Assembly: GCF_006345805.1 (NCBI RefSeq)
Contig: NC_043023.1
Coordinates: 4,588,001 to 4,652,000 of the forward strand
From: Octopus sinensis
Lineage: Eukaryota
DNA length: 64,000 nucleotides
Direction of reading: 5' to 3'
The notes under the pieces are model-generated. The model did no database searches, had not been told where the DNA came from, and saw only the letters and a list, made by a program, of their open reading frames with translations. The position numbers and the translations under genes are program-made. Positions within the stretch are counted from its first letter, which is position 1; each line of letters starts with the position of its first letter. Positions 11,977 through 24,019 of this stretch are shown piece by piece.

Positions 11977-13324
11977 AATTTTGTTAACATCTTCGTTCGA
12001 CTCCATTCTTTCATTTATTTATATATATATGTGTGTATGTATATAAATGTGTGTGTTTAATAAATTTTTAAATAAATTATATTTAAATAAACACGCCATA
12101 AATGATAAAAAAAATGATAAGAAGAAATAACCTCAAAATGACATGTATCTTCACCATTTGAAAATAGTCCAACTCCACACATGTGACACATAGTGAATCA
12201 TACCCACATATATATATAAAAATTAATTTAATTTAACTAAATATGTAATAACCCAAACTATCAACAAATAAGACTAAAACATCTAAATATAAATTGTAAT
12301 AAGAATAGAAATTCTAACAATTAAATAAATAGATTGATTTGGATACTTACTCATATATTTTATTTTTATTAATTTCACAAGTGACTAGAGAAAGGAGTGG
12401 CAGCTAGCCTCTAAACTAATCTAAATTCAATTAAGGGTGACCTATTTCCTCACGACTACAACTAGCCATTGTCTACTATGGTCATAATTTAACCTTAAGC
12501 ATTTTTAGAAAGGAGTCCAAAAGATACACATGCTCACACGTACGCATGCTGCTATTTTAGTTGGTAATCAACTCTCCATCCATTAGGATGTGAATGAGTA
12601 TTTGCCAATTTTTGCCCTGAAGAGATTTTTTTAGCTTTTAAATGCATAGTGTAATCTTAATTGTAAAATATGAATGAAGGTAAGAAATTGAAACATACAC
12701 AGGCTATATGAAATTGAGTATTATATAAATAAATTAATTTTTTTCTGTGTCCAAACTCTCCATTTTCTTTATACTGTATTATTAAAATTCTGTTCTCCTA
12801 TATCAGATGGATGAAAACACAAATTAATGAATTCCAGGTATATTAATTGATATGGAGCTAAACTGGTGTATGATTGGATAAAATACATTCCTGTGTAAAA
12901 GCAGCCTCTCTCCATTCAAAACTCTCTCTATATACACACACACACACACACATATACATCTACTCAAGGGGCTGCTTCCAGTTTCTGTCTACCAAATCTA
13001 CACACAAGGATTTGGTCAGCCTCAGGCTACAGTAACAAGACACTTGCTCAAGGTTCTACACAATGGGATTGAACCCAGAACCATGTGGTGGGAAGCAAGC
13101 TTCTTATCACACAGTCATGCCTGTGTCACATCTAGAAATGCATAAAGACACCCACATACATAGATATAGTGAGAGGTGAGAGTAAAGCCATTGTTGATAA
13201 AGTACTTGATAAAGTTCTATGCTACAGTTATCATAAAAAAAGAGGAATATAAACTGACAATCACAGTTGGCTTGTCATCTAGGCTGAGTGAAGGGGAAGT
13301 AAACACACCAGCATCAGTTGTCAA

Positions 13325-13366
13325 GCGATGTTCGGGGGGGGGGGACAAATACAGACACACAAACAT

Positions 13367-13434
<68 letters not shown>

Positions 13435-13592
13435 ATATACAACCGGCTTCTTTCAGTTTCCGCCTACCAAATCCACTCACAGAGCTATGGTCAGCCCGAG
13501 GCTATAGTAGAAAACAGTTGCCCAAGGTGCCATGCAGTGGGACTGAACCCGGAACCATGTGGTTGGTAAGCAAGCTACTTACCACATAGCCA
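13325..13592 (-). mobile_element. tRNA-derived cephalopod SINE with internal (TA)n
   Basis: Reverse complement of the gagtggctatgtggtaagtagcttgc...ggttcagtccc head, with the typical body. Confidence 0.85.
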
Positions 13593-13852
13593 CTCGTATG
13601 TGTATATATGTTTATGTGTGTCTCTGTATCTGTCTCCCACCACTGCTTGATAACCGGTGTTGGTGTGTTTACATTCCTGTAACTTAGTGGTTCAGAAAAT
13701 GCAAGTGATAGAATAAGCACCAGACTTTAAAAAAAGTACTGGGGCCAATTCATTGACTAAAATTTCTTCATGGCCACAGTCTAATGATTTAAAAAAATAA
13801 AAGATGTAAAAAGATATACATACATACACACACAGACACACCCTGTATTTAA

Positions 13853-14078
13853 CCCTTTCATTACCAACCCGGCTGAAACCGGCTCTGGCTCTGAGTACAA
13901 ATGTCTTGTTTTCATAAGTTTTGAATTAAAATCTTCCACCAAACCTAAGTCACAATTTATGTTCCTAACTTTATGTTCCTTCTCTTGATAACTATGTTAT
14001 TTTACTAAATTCTTTGTTATATTTAAAGTAATTGAAAGAAACACAGAACATCTCAAAATAAATTAAGTAATGAAAGGG
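13853..14078. mobile_element. piggyBac-type MITE
   Basis: Perfect 12-bp TIR CCCTTTCATTAC/GTAATGAAAGGG, flanked by TTAA at 13849-13852 and 14079-14082. Confidence 0.85.
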
Positions 14079-14255
14079 TTAAATTGATGTAATGATTGCA
14101 TTGTTCAATTAAATGGAGCTTCTTGAAACGGTTGTAGTGAATCACTTCTTGATATCCTGTTTTTTTATTTATTTTATTCACCTTACTTTGAGTTGTACGG
14201 ATAATACTTCACTGACTTGGTGCTTCAACTTAAGTACCTAATTCAAATGAATCTC

Positions 14256-14309
<54 letters not shown>

Positions 14310-14312
<3 letters not shown>

Positions 14313-14770
14313 ATCACTTCACTTCCAGGGCTTCATCACTCCTGCAGAAGGAACCCTCTCTCTAGACTCCTTCCACTGCTGTCTGTCTCGGGCCATATAG
14401 GCCATTGGATGAGATCATCTTGGCATCCATTCTGTCCATTTGTTGTCCTTCAGTTGCATGATGTGCTCAGCTCATCTCTATTTCTTCTCCTTCATGCTTC
14501 TTATGATGTCATTGACTCTCATATCCTCTTATATCCAGCTGTTGGTTTTCATGTCCCAGAACTTGATGCCAAACATGATTCATTCAATTTTCTGATGCTA
14601 GTGTTGAGGGTGGATGTTTTACTGCTATAAATAATCACTGGCAGAATATACTCATTGAAGATCTTTCTTTTAATTTCCATGGAAGCCTTAGGAATTGTCA
14701 TGAGGTTTTCCACTTTCTCAAAAGCTGCCCAACCTTCTCTTGATCTTCAGGAGATTTCCATCTTTTGTCA
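14310..14770 (-). mobile_element. RTE-clade LINE 3' coding fragment
   Basis: The minus strand gives decayed EIS.RSREGWAAFEKVE and a C-terminal region typical of RTE elements. It is heavily interrupted. Confidence 0.6.
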
Positions 14771-14813
14771 CCACCTTTCTTTATGTATATAAGTGTGTGT
14801 GTGTGCGTGTGTA

Positions 14814-16384
14814 CAGTGGCACCATTTAATTTAAGAATGCTAGTATACTAATGTTAACATGGCATTTTTTATATATTCAAGTTGTAAATTGTGAATTATG
14901 ATGCATATCAAAATAAAGAAAATTTAACGAGCTTTAATATGGTATACAACTTTACAGCATAACATCAATATATTAATTTTAAATTAAAAATAAATCTTAA
15001 TTATCATAATTTATAGTGCCATTTAATTTAAGAATAATTTGTAAGATTTCATTTATTTCCTTTAAAAAGTTTATTCTGAGATCAACAACAACAAAAAAAA
15101 ACAATAAGAAGTTCACACAATCAGTATTTGGTTGGGTATCCAAAATTACTTAATACAGCTTTGCATTTATGAAACATAGAATTGTTCAGATCATTTATCA
15201 CTGTTCCTGAGATTTTTTTCCCAATTTTGGCTAATAATGTTTAAAAAAATCATCCTTATTCTTTGGCTTACTACTTTGTACAGCTCTACCCAACTTTTCC
15301 CAAAGATTTTCCATGGGATTTAGGTTGGGTGATTGCATCAACCAAAATCTCTTAGACCTAATGTAATCTCTGATGAGGTGCAAGGTGTGTTTTGGTTCAT
15401 TGTCATGTTGGAAAGTCCAAGATTGGCCCAAATGTTTTTGGGAGTATGGAAGCATATTTTTATCCAGTATTTCTAGATAGGACTCACTAACCATAATGCT
15501 CTTGTTTCAGATTATAGGACCGACACCTTTTCCAAACATGCACCTCCACACCATCACACTTCCACCAGTGCTTAATTGTAGGTCAGATGCATTCCAGATG
15601 ATATTCTTCACCTATACGTCTTCCTATATACTTCCTGCCAACATCTCACCACAACACATTTGACCAATCTGCTGGACTCCAATTCAAATGCTCTCTTGTG
15701 AACTGTATTCGGGCATGTTGATTCTTTAAAGAAATGTATGGCTTTTTGCAAGAGACTCTTCCTAGAAGTCCAAATTCTTTGAGATGGTTTTTTATGGTGA
15801 ACACTCCAACGATAAGTCCATATTTTTGCCAAATTTTTAGGGACAATCCATGAATGTATCTATCCATTCTCGTTGTTGTTTCTTTTGGTTTCCCAGGTCA
15901 AGAGCAGTCTTTATAATCATTAGTCTCTTTATAAAAATGGACAGCATTGAAGATGGCTGTTTTAGAGCATCCAACTTCGTTTGAAATAGCTTTATATGAC
16001 CATTTCTGCCTGCTAAGCTGAACGACCCTCTCTCTGGTTTCTGGTGTTAAGTTTTGTCTTTTACTCATCATAACTATTAAGTAACTTAAAAATTGTAACA
16101 GCATTCAAATTACCCTACATTTATATTAGTCTATAAGACAAAAAAAATGAAGTTTTGCAAATCGTTCTTAAATTAAGTGGCGATGTAAATTACACAAAAT
16201 AAAGTTTATTTTTAATTTTAAATTAATATGTTGATATTACACTGTCAAGTTGTATGCTTTATAAAGCTTGTGAAATTTTCGTTATTTTGATATACATTTG
16301 AATTCACAATTTACAACTTGAATATATAAAAATTACCATTTAAATATTAGTATATTAGCATTTTAAAATTAAATGGTGCCACTA
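14814..16384 (-). mobile_element. Tc1-family transposon with long (~220 bp) IR/DR-type TIRs, frameshifted transposase
   Basis: TA|cagtggcaccatttaatt ... aattaaatggtgccacta|TA. ORF pieces 15898-16104 (HTH), 15646-15867 (KKPYISLKNQHARIQF..W.NVLW) and 15231-15494 (TFQHDNEPKHT..QSPNLNPMENLW). Confidence 0.9.
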
Positions 16385-16389
16385 TATAT

Positions 16390-16740
16390 ATAGTGGCTGT
16401 GCGGTAAGAAGCTTGCTTCCCAACCACATGGTTCCAGATTCAGTCCCACTGTGTGATACCTTGGGCAAGTGTCTTCTGCCTTTTGAGTGGATTTGGTTGA
16501 CGGAAACTGAAAAAAGTCCATCATATATATGTACATATATGTATATGTTTGTGTGTCAGTGTTTGTTCCCCCCACCACCACCTCCACCATTGCTTGACAA
16601 CCATATTGGTGTATTTACATCCCCATAACTTAGCAGTTCGGCAAAAGCAGACCACTAGAATAAGTCCTGGGGTCACTTTCTTCGACTAAAGTTGGTGCTC
16701 CAGCATGGCCACAGTCAAATGACTGAAACAAATAAAAGAA
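16390..16740 (+). mobile_element. tRNA-derived cephalopod SINE, near full length
   Basis: gtggctgtgcggtaagaagcttgc head through the ...aaatgactgaaacaaataaaag tail. Confidence 0.85.
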
Positions 16741-16882
16741 TATGTATGTATATATATATATGAATATAGCGAATCACTTCCTTATATATATACATACATA
16801 TATATATATATATATATTGGTAAAAACGGTATGATAACAAAAGAAAGAAAGAGACCTCAATATTATGTAAATAGAGGAAATT

Positions 16883-17036
16883 TATCTGTAAAATAATATG
16901 TGACAATTACTCAATAGCCAAGATAAAACTCTGAGTTTCGGATGCCAAGGTGGAAATCCACAACACCACCTCAGCATCCGAAACTCAGAGTTTTATCTTG
17001 GCTATTGAATAATTGTCACATATTATTTTACAGATA
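16883..17036. repeat. Fold-back element (63-bp arms) carrying the 3' half of a hammerhead
   Basis: 16883-16945 is inverted at 16974-17036. Both arms contain GAAACTCAGAGT (GAAA plus CTC-A-GAG stem III), but there is no CTGANGA. Confidence 0.85.
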
Positions 17037-17109
17037 TATATATATATAATACAAATAAGAAAATGGAGAAACAAATTTAGTTCGTTCATCAACTTTCGGA
17101 TATTAGAAT

Positions 17110-17495
17110 ACTCTTTTCTGTTTTACTTGTTTCAGTCATTTGACTGCGCCCATGCTGGAGCACCGCCTTTAGTCGAGCAAATCGACCCCAGGACTTATTC
17201 TTTTAAGCCCAGTACTTATTCTATCGGTCTCTTTTGCTGAACCGCTAAGTGACAGGGACGTAAACACACCAGTATCGGTTGTCAAGCAATGCTAGGGGGA
17301 CAAACACAGACACACAAACACACACATACATATATATACGACAGGCTTCTTTCAGTTTCCGTCGACCAAATCCACTCACAAGGCATTGGTTGGCCCGGAG
17401 CTATAGCAGAAGACGCCCAAGATGCCATGCAGTGGGACTGAACCCGGAACCATGTGGTTGGTTAGCAAGCTACTTACCACACAACCACTCCAGCG
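17110..17495 (-). mobile_element. tRNA-derived cephalopod SINE, near full length
   Basis: Reverse complement of the same family as 16390-16740. Confidence 0.85.
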
Positions 17496-17529
17496 CATGT
17501 TGAATAATTTATTCATTTAACAAAATGAG

Positions 17530-17905
17530 AGCTCAGCACTTCTTTATGCAACTGCCCTCATCCATACATATCACATGACCAAACCAGCACAGTCTTCTCT
17601 CTTGCACAGAACATCTGATGCTTCTGGCAAAAATGTAGTCAATCTGACTAGTATGCCCACCAGACTGGTAGGTGAACAGGTAACTGGCAGATTTCCTGAA
17701 GTTAGTATTGCAGATCATAATGTCATTTGCATCACAGAACTCCTGCAACCTAGTTCCCTCCTCATTACAGGAACCAAATCCGTTGCCACCATGCATACCA
17801 TGGAAGCCACTTGGATGGCTGCCCAACATGCCCATTGATGTCACCAGCCACAAACAAAAAGTCACTGTCATTTGTTGATCAGGTAGTCTGCAAAAGGGTG
17901 TCATA
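17530..17905 (-). mobile_element. Internally deleted RTE LINE (APE endonuclease joined to C-terminus)
   Basis: ORF 17533-17931 reads GFHGMHGGNGFGSCNEEGTRLQEFCDANDIMICNTNFRK..SQIDYIF, joined directly to RCSVQERRLCWFGHV. Confidence 0.75.
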
Positions 17906-18749
17906 AGCTGAGATAATGGATGCTGTTCCACTTTGCAAAACTAGTCTAAGTATCCTATCACACTCACACTACCTCAATTACCTTATCAACCCATTCTCAA
18001 CAAGAAGTTTGCCCAATTCCCACACCACCAGCCCCATCAGTGTTTCTTTCCCAGAAGATTTTATACCTATGCTCTTTATCTGTGAGGAAATCTCATACTA
18101 AGAAAAAGGATAATTAATTTTGGATATTTATTTGTTTAGAGCGTCTTTATCTTGTTTCAGTGATGTATCAGGAAAATTTATTTAGATAAAAATTACATCA
18201 TTCCCGATAAATCTCAGAAACGAGATTGAAGTTCTAAATAAATAAGTATCCCAAATCCTGCCTACCTCCTTTTAATATATAAAATCTATACACCACTTCA
18301 ACCAACCAACATGCGCACACACACACATTCAGCCTATCGGTTAAGATCAAAGTTCGTGTGTGTGTGTGTGACTTCGTTATGTGCGTATACACGTCACTGT
18401 CTATTTAGGTCACCGTTAATTTGGCTTAACCCAAATATTCTACGTGTAGGTGGGGACAGCTATGTTATTTATATAATAATAACAAAACAACTCGGCAATA
18501 AGGGTCAACTTCCATATGTTTACCTGGGCCGCTAAGAACAACAGTCAAATCACCCTTTAGTCACAATAAAAGGAAGGATGCATCACATTAATTTTTTTCA
18601 ATAATTTAAAATAAAACATTTGAACCACAAATTCGATATAATCATAATCTACACAATCTGAAAGGTATTTGTTGAAAATTTCATTAAAAAATACAGAATA
18701 CGTATCTGTGTGGCTGTGTGGTAAGAAGTTTGCTTCCCAACCACATGGT

Positions 18750-18903
18750 TCCGGCAGCGGCGGCGGTGGTGGTGGTGGTGGTAGCGGCGGTGGTGGTGGT
18801 AGCGGCAGTGGTGGTGGTGGTAGCGGCGGCGGTGGTGGTGGTGGTAGCGGCAGTGGTGGTGGTAGCGGCGGTGGTAGTGGTGGCGGCGGTGGTGCTGCTG
18901 CTG
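18750..18903. repeat. GC-rich compound trinucleotide array (GGT/GGC/AGC)
   Basis: Runs of ggtggtggtggtagcggc(g/a) with 15-21 bp periodicity, directly after a truncated SINE head. Confidence 0.9.
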
Positions 18904-19159
18904 AGCGAAGCGGTCTTCGTCCCAGAGTTCGCAAGATCGCGCCTCAGGATTGTCTGTAGTGGGAGAAGTCCTAAACGTGGTCCTTTGCTATTCGTAAGAC
19001 CCGCAAAAGAGAAAGCAGGTCAACCTCCGACACCGAGTGCATCGACGGATGGATGAATGTGCATCCACGCTCAGCGGTTGCGTTAGAAGTCGGGGACAAG
19101 AAACAGGAAAGTTGGGGCGAAAGAGTACAACAGGGGTCGCCACCACCCCTTGCCCAAAC

Positions 19160-19278
19160 CTCGTGGAGCTTTAGGTGTTTTCGCTCAATAAACACACACA
19201 ACGCCCGGTCTGGGAATCGAAACCGCGATCCTCCGACCGCGAGTCCGCTGCCCTAAACACTGGGCCATTGCGCCTCCT
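19160..19278 (-). mobile_element. Young tRNA-derived SINE of a second family
   Basis: Minus strand GGAGGCGCAATGGCCCAGTG..GGTTTCGATTCCCAG has A and B boxes. CpGs are retained. Confidence 0.8.
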
Positions 19279-19499
19279 ACTGCTGCTGCACGACAGGTGA
19301 ATGTGGGAAAAAATGTTCGCCTTCCCTTATAAAGTCACACAACACTACTACCATCACCGCACCTTAAAGTCTATTGTTGTTTTTCTTTCTTTTTTTCTCT
19401 CGTGTGTATAATCAATCTGTTTGCCTGACTGTCCGCATGTCTACCTGTTACGATCTACCTTGATATTTATATATTTATTCTTATTTAATTGATATTTTT

Positions 19500-19860
19500 T
19501 ACCTGTTCAAAATGGCGGCCGACTGTTTCAAATGTCCAAAGTGCCTGAGTGAAGAAAGAAGCTCCTGGTTTGACCAGTTATTAACGCTTCACTAATTATC
19601 GTTATTTCCTATTTTTTAAAATTAATATTCACATCTTACCGCCGTCCGTCATCGTCTCCATCATCATTATCATATAGGTTGACGAAGAAGAGGAAGTGAA
19701 AAAGAAAAACAACGAAATCCAATGGTTGCTGGGGACACACTGGAGAAGCAATTACCTACCACCAACAGGAACAATCTTTACCATAGATTGTGTTCAGAAA
19801 AGTTAGTTGAGTTCGTTTTTGTATTTGGTTTCCAAAACTTTTGATGTGAACTCGTGTGTT
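19500..19860. promoter_or_regulatory. Possible promoter / first-exon region (unique, CpG-enriched)
   Basis: YY1-like AAAATGGCGGC at ~19509-19519, and a strong minus-strand donor GGCG|GTAAGA at ~19640 preceded by ATG codons. Weak support. Confidence 0.25.
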
Positions 19861-20205
19861 GAAACATTTTGTTGCGTCTAGGGACAGCCATTACACCAAT
19901 AATATTCTTTTCTATTCTAAGCACAAGGCCCGAAATTTTGGGGGAGGGGACCAGTCGATTAGATCAACCCCAGTACGTAACTGGTACTTCATTTATCGAC
20001 GCTAAAGGGATGAAAGGCGAAGTCCAATCTCGGCTGAATCTGAACTCAAAACATAAAGACAGACGAAGCATTTCATGGCCATATTACACTAATAATATTA
20101 TTGGCATAATGACTCTCCCAAGACATAACAAACTTAGTTATACTATCTATCTATCTATCTGTCTGTCTCTCTGCCTATCTGTCTGTCTCTCTGTCTCTCT
20201 TCCTA

Positions 20206-20291
<86 letters not shown>

Positions 20292-20554
20292 TGTCTGTCT
20301 GTTTGTATACCTACCTGCTTACCTACTTATAAACCAAGATTCACACACAGACAAGTTATACACAAACACAAACACGTTAGCACAGCAAACATATTTTACA
20401 GGTACATTTACAATTACATGCCCAAAAACTCAAAACGTATTTTATACTTTGACAGTTGTATATGTGTGTATATATATATATCTTTTATCTTTTACGGGTT
20501 TCAGCCAGAAGCTGAGACCATGCTAGTGCACCGCCTTTACTGCATCTGGGAATT

Positions 20555-23500
20555 TTTCCAGTATTGCTTCTGGTGAAGTAGTGAGTTGGACATTGCTGCT
20601 CTTCTTTGTGCCTCCTACTGTGATGTGGGTTCATCCAGTATTGCAGATTAAAAAAAAACGCTATTTGAAGACTTCCATGTCTACACCTTGCAGATTCTTG
20701 ATGTTCTGTGGTAGGGCATTAAATAGTTGTGGTCCCTGGAATCCCAAGCTATTATAATATTGGGTTCGTATCTTCAATAGAGAAGATGGGACCTTTGGTA
20801 CTGTGCAGTGCCATCCAGTTCAGGGATTGTTGATTCCGAAATTTGGAGCTAGATCCTCCATTACTTTCCATATGTATAGCACTGCATATGTCTCACATCT
20901 CCTCTCTGGGGAGTAGAGTTCTAGTTCCTTTAATTTCTCCCAGTAGCCCATGTGTTTTACTGAGTCTATCTTATTTGTGTAGTGACTTTGGATTGCCTCT
21001 AGTTCCGCAATTAGTTTTACGTTCTGTGGTAACCACATTTGGGAGCTTTAGTCCAGATGATTGAGGACAAAGGTTCTCCAAAGCAGAAGCATTGTGTCTC
21101 TGTTCCTGCTCCTGAAAGATCCAACCTGCCACCCGCCTGCATAGTGTTGCCATCTGAGCAATGTGCACATGGAAAGTTACGTTGTTGCTCATGTGGATTT
21201 CCAGGTTGCACACTGACTCTAACTCTGGGATTACATTGTCTGCTGGTCCCATGTACTTCAATTGTAGTTTGTGGGCTGATAGAGGAGTACTTGAAATATT
21301 GCAGCATTGAACTGCATATTATTCTCTTCTACTCACTTATATATCATGTTCAGGTCATTCTTCAATCTTAGGATGCCAGTAGGATCCTTGACTGACTGCG
21401 ATACTTTTGTATCATCGACGTAGCTGGTGAGTGTGGCTGACTCTTTGGCTGAGGGCATGTCCAAGAGAGCAACCACAAACAGTAGTGGTCCCAGCACTGT
21501 TCTTTGGGGAACTCCGATGAGGATTAGTGTCACTTCAGAGAGAGCACCATTTGCTGTGACAGCCTGACTTCTGCAGCCACTCTCCCCAGTCTACCAGTGA
21601 TACCAAGGTCACGCAATTTGTGACATCATCCCATGACTGAATTTATCAAAGGCCTTGGCAAAGTCGAGATATATCGCATCCACATTTGAGTGCATGAGCT
21701 GTTGTTTTAGTACCCAGTCAAAGTGCTGTAGTGGCTGTGCTAGGCAGCTCCTTCTAGGATGGAAGCCATGTTGCATGTCTGTCAGCAAGTCATTTTCTTC
21801 TAGGAACGTGGTCAGTCTTTTTCTGACAATGCGTTCCATGATCTTGCTAATATGTGAGGTCTGAGAGATAGGCCTGTAGTTTATAGCATCTGTTCTGCTT
21901 ACTCCTTTGTGGACAGGGCAGATTATTCCTTCTTTTAACATTTGAGGAAACGTACTGCATTCAAGGTAAGTTTGGAAAAGCACTTGCTGTGGTTTTGCAA
22001 GAGCTTTCTTGCATGTTTTTAACAGAATTGCTGAGAGTCCATCTGGGCCTGTTGCAGAGTTGCAATCTCATCAATTGCCGACAATACATCCTTTTCTGTA
22101 ATCCCAATGTAATTGATGGTTGCCTTTTTCTCTTGTAGATTTGTGGTGTTGAAGAACTTGTCAGATCTGCTTATTTTCATGTTTTTCAGTGGAGAGGTGA
22201 AAACACTACGGAATTGTTTATCGAGTGCTTCACTTATCCTCTTGGGGGTCTGCAGTCAGTGAGCCCTTTTCATCAAACAGTGGCCCTGTCCTATATCACA
22301 CTGAGGCAAACTCTTTTATGAACTTGTAGACGGCTTTAGGGTTCCTTTATATATTTTCCACCACACTGGTTTCTCTGTTTGCCCTTTCTTTTTCATAGGA
22401 GAGTCTGATTTTATTCTCAGTCTCTAAGAATGCCATCTTGAGGTATGGCTTTTTGCTGTCATTAGGCTCCTTATTTAAGTGATTTAAGATCTTTATCCTC
22501 CATCTCATTAGGGTTCTCCTATTTCAGGGAATAATGTCTTATGTGTGATGTCTTTCTTCTCTGGGACAAACTTAATACATATGGCTTGCATTATTGACAT
22601 GAACTCATTGAATGTCCTGTCAGTGTCTTGCAAGGATAGAATTTTTTAAGCCAGTTTTGCTGGCATATCCCTTCATTGATAGACTTTCAGTGAGCCTTGT
22701 AGAAGTTCAAGTTGGCTAGCGCTTGGATCCAGCAGTGTTGTATAATTTCTTAATTAGCTTTGGACCATATATTGACGGTTCTATCATGTTATGGTCTGAG
22801 TGAGTTGACAGTGATATTTTTATGCTGTGGATAAGGACCATGTTGTTTTTGAAACAGAGATCCAGGATGTTGTAATTTCTGGTTGGGGAAAGTATGGTCT
22901 GCTCCATGAACATCATTTTCATGAGATCTACTAAAGATTCTGCCTGATTGCATTCTTTTCATGTCAGCCTTGTGGTTATGACACCTTCAGGCCATCTAAT
23001 GGTGGGGAAGTTGAAGTCACCCATCAGAAGTACATTAAGACATTGATCTAGGTTTGTGAGTACTTCTTTTATCTTTGTAAGACATTCCTCAAGCTTGCCA
23101 TGAGGCATTGGGTGAGTGTTATAATGTGTATATTACCATGTCAAGTTGCTTTAGATATACTATGAGTGTGTCACTGACCACATTCGAATGTGACAGCAAT
23201 GTCAATGTTGGGACATCTTCATGGATGTACATCACAACTTCATCATGACTTCTTTCTTTTCTGTGCGGAACACAGTGTACCTTGGTATGTATATCTCTGC
23301 ATCCTGTATGTCTGCAGACAGATGTATCTCTGTGAGTGCAATACATATAGCTTGATTGCATGCAGACAGTTCTCCCAGGTATGCAATTTTGCACTTGCTG
23401 TTGTTTTGCAAGAGGCCTCTGACGTTCATCAGTAGAATTGGTGTGATGGAGGACTCGGCAGCAGTGGTGGCCATCCTGGATCCATTACTTGCAGTGGTCA

Positions 23501-23990
23501 TGTGTGGGGGTGTACATGGCTTTATTTCATTTGTAGCCATGATAACTGCTGCATTATTGTTGGTGCAATATTTGAAAAATGTTGCTGTTCAGCTGCTGCA
23601 GTTTGCACTGCATCTGCATACAGCTTTTTGGCAGTTTTTTTTGTTGGTGTGCACAAGAGTGTAAACTTTCCTGGGCATGGATGCTTATCCTGATTACCAG
23701 GTAATTGCTGTGTATTTTATCTTGCCTAAGCTTTGGATGTTCAAAGAAGCAGTGTGTCCCCTTCTCTCAATACCAGCAAACTCCTTTTATGTAGAATTTG
23801 CAGGTTTGAACCCTGCTGCACCTGTCTTGTGGCTGGTTCCTCTCGCTGAGCTGCCATGTTAGGAGAGGGAGCTGGAGTCGCTTCTCTTGAGAGCTTTGGG
23901 ATTCTTTTCTTGCTCCTCTTCACTTTCTACATTACTGCGATTACCTTCATAGAGCTGGGCCTCTTGCTTGGGGCATCAGTTTTGGTGTTT
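20555..23990 (-). mobile_element. Near full-length degenerate CR1/L2(Jockey)-group LINE (APE endonuclease plus RT)
   Basis: Endonuclease ILLMNVRGL..CIALTEIHL (23232-23540). RT QHGFHPRRSCL..DAIYLDFAKAFDK (21609-21983), and GVPQRTVLGPLLF..YVDD (YVDD 21411-21422). Many frameshifts. Confidence 0.9.
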
Positions 23991-24019
23991 TCCATGCAAA
24001 CAAATTTCTCAGGCAAATG

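Larger units (their letters stand above)
10456..12016. mobile_element. Penelope-like composite: nested inverted repeats around a GIY-YIG ORF, plus a hammerhead
   Basis: 10497-10758 is inverted at 11545-11802 (~260 bp), and 10456-10497 is inverted at 11975-12016. A GIY-YIG on - lies between the inner repeats, with a hammerhead at 11892-11976. Confidence 0.75.

Noticed and set aside
19869-20576. 235-aa ORF
   Set aside because: It consists of SINE-like sequence plus (CTAT)n, (TA)n and (CTGT)n microsatellites, with no domain-like content.
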